Source of the DNA: Peptococcaceae bacterium
GTDB taxonomy: Bacteria; Bacillota; Desulfitobacteriia; Desulfitobacteriales; Syntrophobotulaceae
Direction of reading: 5' to 3'
NCBI GenBank assembly: GCA_009782825.1
Contig: WRII01000027.1
Span: forward strand, 1 to 37,376
Length of the DNA stretch: 37,376 nucleotides
Made by a program: the position numbers and the translations under genes
Shown here: piece after piece, positions 26,043 to 33,787 of the stretch
How the letters are laid out: the number at the start of each line of letters is the position of its first letter
How positions within the stretch are numbered: the first letter of the stretch is position 1
The notes under the pieces: model-generated
Databases searched by the model: none
The model's input: only the letters and a program-made list of their open reading frames with translations
What the model was told of the DNA's origin: nothing

Positions 26043-27821
26043 ATGCAAGTTACTTATCAATACGCCGGTCCCTCCAAGCTTGTGCGGCATCCCGATCATG
26101 TTACTTTCGGCATGAGCCCGGATCTGTCGCGAGAAGAAAAGGTCTCCTTTGTGGGGAAGTTGAAAAATCCCCTCATCTTTCGGGACGCCATGCTCATGCT
26201 CAGAAAAATTATTGTGTCGGATGCCCGGCAGAAAAAAAAGGAACGCACAGAATTTTTCCAATGGCTGAACGGGGAAATTGAGAGACGCATACAAGAACAC
26301 GAACAGGATCTGCCCGGCGTCAGAGACGCCCTGCAGCAGGAGATCGAAGCTTTGCTCCAGGACATGGCCGGCAAAGACACGGCTCTGGCCCAGCTTGTCA
26401 AAACTCGCAAAAAGATTAGCCAAGAGATAGAAAAGTCCGACGCCTGGCGCGACTATCATAAGCTGGAAAAAAAGTTTTGGCAGTTTATCCGCGACCGGGA
26501 CAGAGACTTATGGTTCGTCCTTGATCCTGTGATCACGGTGCATCCGGATCAAGTTTCCTTTGAAGCCTTCTCTCTGGATGAATCCATATACGGCTGTCTG
26601 TCTATAGGCATGGATGAATTTGATCTGCGCGCCGAACCCAAGCTGGGTACGACCAACATTGACTTTTCCGCCAAACTCGCTCAGGAAATGGAACGGTTTC
26701 GCACCTACTCAGATGTGGAACTCTCTGTGAACCCGGAAGGATTCACCGTAGATACAGGCATCCTTCCCGACTATATCGAAAAGAAAATTGACCTGCCTGA
26801 TACATGGATCAAAGGCTTCACCCAAGTTTCGTCAGCGGCCAATCTAAGCGGCGCAGAGATCTCTTTGACTCCGGTGGATATGTATGACATCTGTTCCTTT
26901 TTGCGGCGGCATAAGGCCCAAAAGAGCCCCAGGCATATGACATGGATTCTGAAAAAAGACCACCCTGTAACAGTACGCTTTGAGCCCTTTGGTCACGAAC
27001 TCACGTTACAGGCGATTTACCACGGCGACAAGGACAGGGAAGAAAAAATATGGGGCCGGCAGCGCTGGCTTGTGGCTGAGAAGCTTCTCCCTCTGGCCAA
27101 GTCCTTTACTGTCAAGCTATTGGGGTTTGGTATGCCTCAGTTTATCATCGCAGATTTAGGAAATATGAACATGACCATCGGCTTTTCTTCCTGGTCCGCC
27201 AACGACTGGGTTAAAGGAACAGCTTTTAACATTATGAGCGGCTTCATCGGAGAAGGGAACTACAGAGAAGTTTATGCCCTGCTCAAACAAAAACGCTCCA
27301 TGACGGTAAACGACATCTGCAGCCAGATCCAATCCCGCACACGAAACACAACCCTTTCCGGTATCGGCAGCCTGCTCAAGCGGGGAGAAGGGTACTTTGA
27401 CGCTGTCAATACCCAGGTACGCTTCCGCCAGCTGTGCAATACCCCCATCCCGCAGGAACTGTACGCCACAACGGAAGCGGAACTCCGAGTGACAAGGTGT
27501 TTGGATGCCGGGATGGATCTTTTCCGTATGAGGCTGTCAGAAAAGAATGAGTATGTTTTTACGAATTCCTATTTGGACAGAGATCCGCTGCGAACACAGC
27601 ACAAGGCACAGCATGAGACAGAAATCATGATTGATGAAGACGGTCAGATTGGTCGTGTGGTATGCTCATGCAAAGAATTCAAAAGAGGGCCGCGCAATAT
27701 CTCCGCACCATGCCCCCATATTTTAGCCCTATACATCACCGCCGCGAAATTCACCCGGCTCAGGCTGGAGCAGGGGAGAGTGTATGGGATCAATGATATT
27801 ATGGAGGTGGTGCTATCATGA
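26043..27821 (+). CDS. 592-aa protein with a C-terminal SWIM-type zinc finger. Second gene of the RT-associated operon
   Basis: RBS gggagg. The C-terminal VVCSCKEFKRGPRNISAPCPHILALY gives the CxC...CxH SWIM pattern. Its stop overlaps the RT start (ATGA). Confidence 0.65.
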   Translation: MQVTYQYAGPSKLVRHPDHVTFGMSPDLSREEKVSFVGKLKNPLIFRDAMLMLRKIIVSDARQKKKERTEFFQWLNGEIERRIQEHEQDLPGVRDALQQEIEALLQDMAGKDTALAQLVKTRKKISQEIEKSDAWRDYHKLEKKFWQFIRDRDRDLWFVLDPVITVHPDQVSFEAFSLDESIYGCLSIGMDEFDLRAEPKLGTTNIDFSAKLAQEMERFRTYSDVELSVNPEGFTVDTGILPDYIEKKIDLPDTWIKGFTQVSSAANLSGAEISLTPVDMYDICSFLRRHKAQKSPRHMTWILKKDHPVTVRFEPFGHELTLQAIYHGDKDREEKIWGRQRWLVAEKLLPLAKSFTVKLLGFGMPQFIIADLGNMNMTIGFSSWSANDWVKGTAFNIMSGFIGEGNYREVYALLKQKRSMTVNDICSQIQSRTRNTTLSGIGSLLKRGEGYFDAVNTQVRFRQLCNTPIPQELYATTEAELRVTRCLDAGMDLFRMRLSEKNEYVFTNSYLDRDPLRTQHKAQHETEIMIDEDGQIGRVVCSCKEFKRGPRNISAPCPHILALYITAAKFTRLRLEQGRVYGINDIMEVVLS

Positions 27822-29386
27822 GACAAGAACACTATCGAGCTGTCCATGATATGGGAAAAAAAGAATATACCCTGCTCAAAATGCAGGAATACGGCTTTTG
27901 GCCGGAAGATCTGCCGACGCCCTATGAAAGGCAAGCGCACGAATCCGCGCAAGACTACAACAAGAGACAAGCCCTCTTCAAGGAATATGAGCAGATCGCT
28001 GGTCGGATAGCCAATTTGTATAGTGAGAAAGACGAGATCAATACCCGGTTAAAAGACTTACGGAAACACTATGATCAGACATGGGATTATGAAAAGATAA
28101 GGAAAGACGTCGCCCAAACCATCCTGCGGGAATCCCTGGCCCGGCGCGCGGAAAGAAAACGACAGAAAGAACTTCAGAAGCAAAGGATCTCTGAAGCCTG
28201 GCAAAAACGCAAGGCCGAAAGTATTGTTTTCATTGGCCGGGGCTATTCGGGGCTGCTCTCTGATAAGACCGGCGACGCGGACAAACTGCGCGCCTCCAAT
28301 CTGCCCCTCATCCCTGACGATAAAGCCCTAGCCGCTCTTCTTGGCCTTACGTATACAGAGCTGCGTTTTTTGGCCTATCACAGAGATGTGGTTGTGGCCG
28401 ATCATTACCACCGGTACGAGATTCCTAAAAAGAATGGCGGACACAGACGTATTGCCGCGCCAAAGCCGCTGCTCAAAAAGACCCAAAGAAAGATCTTGGA
28501 ACTCATATTGGAGAAAATAGATATCTCGGAACAGGCTCACGGGTTCGTGAAAGGGCGATCTGTAGTCACCGGCGCTCAAGCTCATAAAACTCATATCGGA
28601 AATCCTTCGCTGCTGATCACTCTCGACCTGGAAGATTTCTTTCCCACCATTACTTTTGAGCGCGTCCGAGGCCTTTTTAAATCTTTTGGCTATTCAGGGT
28701 ATATTGCCTCACTTTTGGCTATGATATGCACCTATTGCGAACGCGTGCCCATTGAAGTCAAAGGTCAGATCAAATATGTACGATCCTCTGAGAGAATCCT
28801 CCCGCAAGGATCCCCGGCCAGCCCCATGATTACAAATATCATCTGCCGCAGGATGGACGCCAAGATCAGAGACCTCGCCACGAACTTCCCGTCCGGCCAC
28901 CCTGTCCAGTCCGGTCACCCTGCCCAGTCCGGTCACCCTGTCCAATCCGGTCACCCTGCCCAAACAAATTCCCCTGCGAGCTGCCGGTGTACATATACAC
29001 GGTACGCCGATGATATGAGCTTTAGCTTTGACAGCACCTTGCCCATAGACGCGGAACACATCAAAAAATTCATCCACCAAATTCAGCGCATCGTCCACAG
29101 CGAAGGTTTTAAAATTAATAAACAGAAAACACGCTATCTAAAACACAACAACAGACAAGCCGTCACTGGCATTGTCATTAATAATGAAGAGATCTCTGTT
29201 CCCAAGGTATGGCTCAAAAAGATGAGAGCGGCCCTCTATAATGCCAAAAAGCAAAAAGAACAGGGGACTCTTGATCCCGGCAAAATACATGAGATAGCCG
29301 GCATGGCCTGCTGGTTGAACTCCGTGAATCCCACCAAGTACAAAAAAATGATTGATGAAGCCAAGGATTTGCAAAGCTCGTCTTAG
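27818..29386 (+). CDS. Reverse transcriptase of retron/retron-like type with a ~190-aa basic coiled-coil N-terminal extension
   Basis: RT motifs are in order: IPKKNGGHRRIAAP (1/2), GFVKGRSVVTGAQAH (retron-type NAxxH-like box), LDLEDFFPTI (A), LPQGSPASPMITN (B'), YTRYADDMSF (C), and NRQAVTGIVINNEE plus LKKMRAALYNAK (the retron-specific RxVTG(L/I)xVN thumb motif). A 4x SGHP(V/A)Q repeat insertion sits between motifs B' and C. The RBS ggaggtgg is present. Confidence 0.85.
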   Translation: MRQEHYRAVHDMGKKEYTLLKMQEYGFWPEDLPTPYERQAHESAQDYNKRQALFKEYEQIAGRIANLYSEKDEINTRLKDLRKHYDQTWDYEKIRKDVAQTILRESLARRAERKRQKELQKQRISEAWQKRKAESIVFIGRGYSGLLSDKTGDADKLRASNLPLIPDDKALAALLGLTYTELRFLAYHRDVVVADHYHRYEIPKKNGGHRRIAAPKPLLKKTQRKILELILEKIDISEQAHGFVKGRSVVTGAQAHKTHIGNPSLLITLDLEDFFPTITFERVRGLFKSFGYSGYIASLLAMICTYCERVPIEVKGQIKYVRSSERILPQGSPASPMITNIICRRMDAKIRDLATNFPSGHPVQSGHPAQSGHPVQSGHPAQTNSPASCRCTYTRYADDMSFSFDSTLPIDAEHIKKFIHQIQRIVHSEGFKINKQKTRYLKHNNRQAVTGIVINNEEISVPKVWLKKMRAALYNAKKQKEQGTLDPGKIHEIAGMACWLNSVNPTKYKKMIDEAKDLQSSS

Positions 29387-29401
29387 AATGTTAAAATTAG
29401 G

Positions 29402-29600
29402 GCATAGGTTTTTTGGCAGGTATGCTATGGTGTTGCGCCATAGTTGAGGAATGTTATGTATACATCACCAAATTGTGCGCAATTCGCTTCGCATCGACTA
29501 ATGGCGCCTTAAAATCTATCCTACGGTGTAGGCGCCATTAGTCGAGCTCCGCTGAAGTGTCACAATTAGATGAGAGATCTTTTAGCAAAAAACCTATGAG
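29402..29600 (+). ncRNA. Candidate retron msr/msd-like non-coding RNA downstream of the RT. The a1-like arm is 29403-29416 and the a2-like arm 29585-29598. The central 15-bp perfect hairpin is 29494-29508 / 29531-29545
   Basis: cataggttttttgg pairs with gcaaaaaacctatg (12 contiguous bp plus 2). Between the arms, tcgactaatggcgcc-N22-ggcgccattagtcga forms a perfect 15-bp stem. A further hairpin is ctatggtgttgcgccatag. No ORF spans the region. Confidence 0.35.
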
Positions 29601-29760
29601 ATAGGGGCTGTTGCCAGCCTCTTCAATCATTGATGAAGGTCTGAGGATATGATGGAAAAATTGAGAGATCTGCCCTTTCAGGTCATTGTCACGGATCAAC
29701 AGAAAGCAGACATTGAGGATGACTCTGAAGATGGAGAAGAGGTTAATTTGGAGGGGTTTG

Positions 29761-30198
29761 ATGTGGAAATATGAAGCAGTCAATGAATACAATACAATCA
29801 GCTTGCATGATTGCTATATAATGCATATTGATGAGCAAGATGGCAATATTATATTCAGCTTTGAACGTGGATTTTGGATTATTGAAACCAACAACAAAAA
29901 CCCTTTTCACAAGACTTTAAGAACTGAGGATGGGGCTAAACTCACACTCACAAATGCTAATTGTGTTGAAATTCTTTTCGAAGATAAAAATATCAGTTGG
30001 CATGAGTTTTGTCGAAGAATTAATGCTGACGAATGGAAATTTGAGTGTATTCATGATAATTATACAGCAAATCAATGCGCCTACGAAGGTTGGATTTACT
30101 TTGACAAAGAACCTTATCATATGGAGTTAGGCCTAAAGTTTACTTTTGGTGACGCAATATACCATTGGAATGAAATCTGTGAGAATAGGCCGTGGTAG
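29761..30198 (+). CDS. Hypothetical 145-aa Cys/His/Trp-rich protein in an AT-rich tail
   Basis: Strong RBS tggagggg 4-6 nt before the ATG at 29761. The annotated ORF from 29686 has earlier ATGs without an RBS. Local GC is much lower than in surrounding genes. No recognisable motif. Confidence 0.4.
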   Translation: MWKYEAVNEYNTISLHDCYIMHIDEQDGNIIFSFERGFWIIETNNKNPFHKTLRTEDGAKLTLTNANCVEILFEDKNISWHEFCRRINADEWKFECIHDNYTANQCAYEGWIYFDKEPYHMELGLKFTFGDAIYHWNEICENRPW

Positions 30199-30632
30199 TG
30201 TTTACACACTAAAAGTATTTTCCATACTTCAAATCGCTCATTAATATAGGCACCCCAACGAAACAGATTAACTCCTATATTCATTGCTGATTCATATCTC
30301 TCATGGATATAAACGACCATTATCTGTCACTTCCAAAAGTAAAGTCTTATGCATCTTCTCGAATCTCGCCTCGTGCCCACACTGTGATGGTATCATGAGC
30401 CGTCAGAAGAACAGAATATTTTCTTCCTTGGATTTCCAATTGAGGCGGAACGAGGCAGAAACGATTCCATTCAATCCATTATTTATAAAACTTCCATTAC
30501 CCAGTACGGGCTACTCTCCGTAGACCATGTTTCACAAAATGCTTTAACAGCGGGTAACAAATCCTCTATTCCAACGCAATGTTTCTTAAGTTTTCCGCTT
30601 ACATTTTTAGGGTAATGAATTGACGTGTTATA

Positions 30633-31742
30633 TCATTCCCCATATCCCATCAGTCCTCGGACAGACACCTCACTTGCATTTAACGCCAAAGTCTCTCCTG
30701 TGGGAAGCTGCACAATCAATTCTCCGGCAGGGTTGAGGGCAACAGCTCGTCCGCAAATCTCTTTATTGTGGTAAATCGCCTTGATCTCCCGGCCCAAAGT
30801 TACACAGTTGTCTTGGTAAAGAGGAAGAATATCCGTGACAAATTTATGCCGTATAAGGAGATCATACAGAGGTTCAAAACAATTGAGAATAGCAGCAGCC
30901 AAGGAAGTAAGTTGAAAAGTTTCAATTTGTTGAGATTTTTCAACCCGTGAATACGCTCTTTTTGTCTCTAGGAACAAAGAAGTCGCTGAATCCGCCAATT
31001 CCGGCGGAAATGAAGAAATATGCACATTGACGCCGATACCCACCACCAACGCTTTAATATGTTCAACCTCAGCTGTCAGCTCTGTGAGAATTCCCGCAGC
31101 CTTCTTATTATTGAGAAGAATATCATTCGGCCATTTAATGACGGGTTGCAAAGCGGTATTGTGCAATGTGCGTTGCAGGTGATACTCTTCATCCGTTCCT
31201 TTGTACATTGCTTGCTGCATGGTCTGCTGCATCACCTGCTGCATCTCCTGCTGCATGGCCTGCTGCACGGCCAATCCGGCAGCCAAGGTCACTTGGGCCG
31301 CATTATTGATAGGAATCTCAGGACGCAGCAGGAGAGACATCATAAGACATGTATGCCGTGGAGCATACCAGGCACGACCCAGACGGCCCCGTCCCGCTGT
31401 CTGTTCCTGAGCGGCAAACACAGCTCCATGGACGGCCCCGTTTTCCGCCGCATGCAAAGCCTGCCGGTTGGTGGATTCGACACTTTCATAAAGAGTCAGG
31501 CTGCGGCCCAAATATTCAGTGGTCAACAGAGATTGCAGATCATCAGCCTGCAAAATATCCGGGCTGGCCGTGAGACGATAGCCCCGGTTTGTCACAGCTT
31601 CAATTGTATAACCATCCTCTTGCAAAGCCTTGATTGTTTTCCAGACAGCAGAGCGAGTCACCTCCAGGACACGGCTGATGTCCGCCCCAGAGATAAAACT
31701 GTCCGGTTTTTGGCGCAAAAGAAAGAGCACATCATCTTTCAT
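30633..31742 (-). CDS. birA: Bifunctional biotin--[acetyl-CoA-carboxylase] ligase / biotin operon repressor
   Basis: N-terminal wHTH (ISGADISRVLEVTRSAVWKTIKALQ). The ligase core has the biotin-binding motif QTAGRGRLGRAW and KWPNDILLNNKKAAGIL. C-terminal SH3-like domain. An in-frame MQQ(x)MQQ pentad repeat insertion (QQAMQQEMQQVMQQTMQQAM) is encoded by 12-bp repeats at ~31195-31262. Confidence 0.9.
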   Translation of the reverse strand: MKDDVLFLLRQKPDSFISGADISRVLEVTRSAVWKTIKALQEDGYTIEAVTNRGYRLTASPDILQADDLQSLLTTEYLGRSLTLYESVESTNRQALHAAENGAVHGAVFAAQEQTAGRGRLGRAWYAPRHTCLMMSLLLRPEIPINNAAQVTLAAGLAVQQAMQQEMQQVMQQTMQQAMYKGTDEEYHLQRTLHNTALQPVIKWPNDILLNNKKAAGILTELTAEVEHIKALVVGIGVNVHISSFPPELADSATSLFLETKRAYSRVEKSQQIETFQLTSLAAAILNCFEPLYDLLIRHKFVTDILPLYQDNCVTLGREIKAIYHNKEICGRAVALNPAGELIVQLPTGETLALNASEVSVRGLMGYGE

Positions 31743-31747
31743 ACACT

Positions 31748-32248
31748 CTATTTTTCCCTCTCAAAAACCGCGAAAGATTCTCCTATCATCCCTATCGTAT
31801 CTCCCTGGTAGTTCAACGCTCCTTCGGTGATTACAAAGGCAAACTGTTCAACTTCATCACCCAAAAATCCATAAAAATCTCTGGAACTCACCTTGCATTC
31901 TATTTTATCCCCATTACGGCTGTATGTCCCGTTGATATTGCCCATTCCTTCATAGAGATTTACAACCAACTCAAATGTCATATCTTCTTTCAAGATCAAT
32001 ACATTATAGTGTTCCAGTTTTGCAGAGTCGTTTTCCCTGAAAATCCATCTTCCAGTAACATCCTTGACGGTATCATTGTCCTGATTGTTCTGATTGTTCT
32101 GATCAGTATTATTCTGTTGGGAATTCGTCCGATCCGTATTATTGTTTTGTTCTAAAATAGTATTTGTAGTACATCCCGCCATAAAGAATACCGCCATAAC
32201 AACCACAGCCACAAACATCACGATCCATTTAACTTGACTTTTGTTCAT
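31748..32248 (-). CDS. Hypothetical lipoprotein with an Asn/Gln-rich linker, co-transcribed upstream of birA
   Basis: Signal peptide with lipobox-like FMAGC. Low-complexity NNTDRTNSQQNNTDQNNQNNQDN linker. The RBS aaggaagg is present. Its stop lies 5 nt before the birA start. Confidence 0.55.
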   Translation of the reverse strand: MNKSQVKWIVMFVAVVVMAVFFMAGCTTNTILEQNNNTDRTNSQQNNTDQNNQNNQDNDTVKDVTGRWIFRENDSAKLEHYNVLILKEDMTFELVVNLYEGMGNINGTYSRNGDKIECKVSSRDFYGFLGDEVEQFAFVITEGALNYQGDTIGMIGESFAVFEREK

Positions 32249-32436
32249 CTGTCTAACACCTTCCTTAAAATAATAGAAACCCTATCATACGTAAAATATA
32301 CTTAATATTTTGCATCTTAGCAAGATTTATAATACTCTCTTTTTGCATACCCCGGAACAGATGGCTGAAAGTGTTGACCAGATATATTCGCGACAAAAAC
32401 GAGGGAGGGAAGAGGGGGCTATAACCACAGACCACA

Positions 32437-32510
32437 AGGCAGGGCTGCAGAGCTATGACCACACTGCAGGGCACCTGCAGGGCTATGACCATTGCAGGGC
32501 TATGACCACT
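32437..32510. repeat. Intergenic tandem repeat (unit ~GCAGGGCTATGACCA, 3-4 copies) upstream of wecB
   Basis: Read directly: gcagagctatgaccacact / gcagggcacct / gcagggctatgaccatt / gcagggctatgaccact. Confidence 0.75.
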
Positions 32511-32585
32511 CGCCAAATCCCATCATATGATGTACAATAGAGACGTGTAAAAACATTACGCAGAATTGACAGAAAGGCTCAGATC

Positions 32586-33713
32586 ATGTCAGAAAAAAAA
32601 AGAATCATGAGCGTCTTTGGAACCCGCCCCGAAGCCATTAAAATGGCGCCGCTGGTTCAAGCCTTGCATGGCCATCCTCAGATTGAAAGCTTGGTCTGCG
32701 TCACCGGTCAACACCGGGATATGCTGGATCAAGTGCTCACCATTTTCTCCATCACCCCCGATATCGATCTGAATATCATGCGTTTCAATCAAGATCTCAC
32801 TTCCATTACCACACGAACCCTAGAAGGATTAGCGCCGGTTTTAGCCGAATATCAACCTGATTTGATCCTCGTCCACGGAGATACCACCACATCAGTCTCC
32901 GCAGCCCTGGCAGCCTTCTACCAGAAAATCCCTGTCGCTCATGTGGAAGCCGGGCTGCGCTCCCAGGATCCATATTCCCCGTTCCCTGAAGAAATGAACC
33001 GCTGCCTGATCAGCCGTCTGGCCCGGCTGCACTTTGCGCCCACAGAGTCCAATGCCAACAACTTACGGCAAGAACATATCCAAGGTCTGATCGAAGTCAC
33101 CGGGAACACCGTCATTGACGCGCTGCTCTCTATGGTCTATGATGCCTACACATTCCAACACCCCCTTCTGAGTGACTTCAATTTTGCCGCAGGCCCTGCC
33201 ATTTTGCTGACAGCCCACCGCCGGGAAAACTTCGGCCAGCCGATTTACAACATATGCCAAGCTGTGCGGCGCCTGCTCCAAGACCATCCCTCTTTGCGGG
33301 TTATCTATCCGGTTCATCCCAATCCGCAAATCCAGGAACCCGTCAGAGACTATCTGGAAGGCGTTCAACGCCTCAATTTGATTGCTCCGCTGGACGTCCA
33401 AGAGATGCACAATCTGATGGCCCGCTGCACCTTTGTGATGACAGATTCCGGCGGACTGCAGGAAGAAGCCCCCGCTTTAGGCAAGCCCGTTCTCGTTCTC
33501 CGCACGGAAACAGAGCGCCCGGAAGCCGTTGCGGCGGGAACTGTCGAAGTCGCCGGAGTCGAGGAAGAAAAGATCTATCAATCAGCCCACGCCCTGTTAA
33601 CAGACCCGCAGAAATTTGACCGGATGGCCATGGCCGTTAACCCTTACGGAGACGGTCATGCCTGTGAGCGCATCGTGGCCTGTATTGAAAAATGGGCTGG
33701 TATTCGAACCTGA
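32586..33713 (+). CDS. wecB: UDP-N-acetylglucosamine 2-epimerase (non-hydrolysing)
   Basis: The N-terminus VFGTRPEAIKMAPL, and the segments HGDTTT and HVEAGLRS, are hallmark Epimerase_2 motifs. 375 aa. Confidence 0.9.
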   Translation: MSEKKRIMSVFGTRPEAIKMAPLVQALHGHPQIESLVCVTGQHRDMLDQVLTIFSITPDIDLNIMRFNQDLTSITTRTLEGLAPVLAEYQPDLILVHGDTTTSVSAALAAFYQKIPVAHVEAGLRSQDPYSPFPEEMNRCLISRLARLHFAPTESNANNLRQEHIQGLIEVTGNTVIDALLSMVYDAYTFQHPLLSDFNFAAGPAILLTAHRRENFGQPIYNICQAVRRLLQDHPSLRVIYPVHPNPQIQEPVRDYLEGVQRLNLIAPLDVQEMHNLMARCTFVMTDSGGLQEEAPALGKPVLVLRTETERPEAVAAGTVEVAGVEEEKIYQSAHALLTDPQKFDRMAMAVNPYGDGHACERIVACIEKWAGIRT

Positions 33714-33766
33714 CGACCCTCAAAACCTGGCGAACCTCAGACCCTGACGACCCTCAGACCCTCAAG
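33705..33766. repeat. Short tandem/interleaved repeat (GAACCTGACGACCCTCA / GACCCTCAG units) at the wecB 3' end and in the wecB-cdaA spacer
   Basis: Read directly: cgaacctgacgaccctcaaaacctggcgaacctcagaccctgacgaccctcagaccctcaag. Confidence 0.7.
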
Positions 33767-33787
33767 TAAAAGTAGGAGCCTGAACAC

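Noticed and set aside
27818-29386. Group II intron or diversity-generating retroelement RT
   Set aside because: I recognise no intron domain V/VI RNA, maturase X domain or endonuclease motifs. I found no template/variable repeat pair near a target gene. The retron-type VTG and NAxxH-like boxes are present instead. The SGHPxQ repeats are an in-frame minisatellite, not TR/VR.
29402-29600. Candidate ncRNA transcribed from the minus strand
   Set aside because: That would place it antisense and 3'-to-3' with the RT, with no plausible promoter. Plus-strand read-through or an internal promoter after the RT is the simpler model, although the strand remains unproven.
30199-30632. Additional small CDSs (30284-30523 plus strand; 30117-30320 minus strand)
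   Set aside because: No RBS and mutually overlapping frames in AT-rich sequence. These are more likely decayed remnants than genes.
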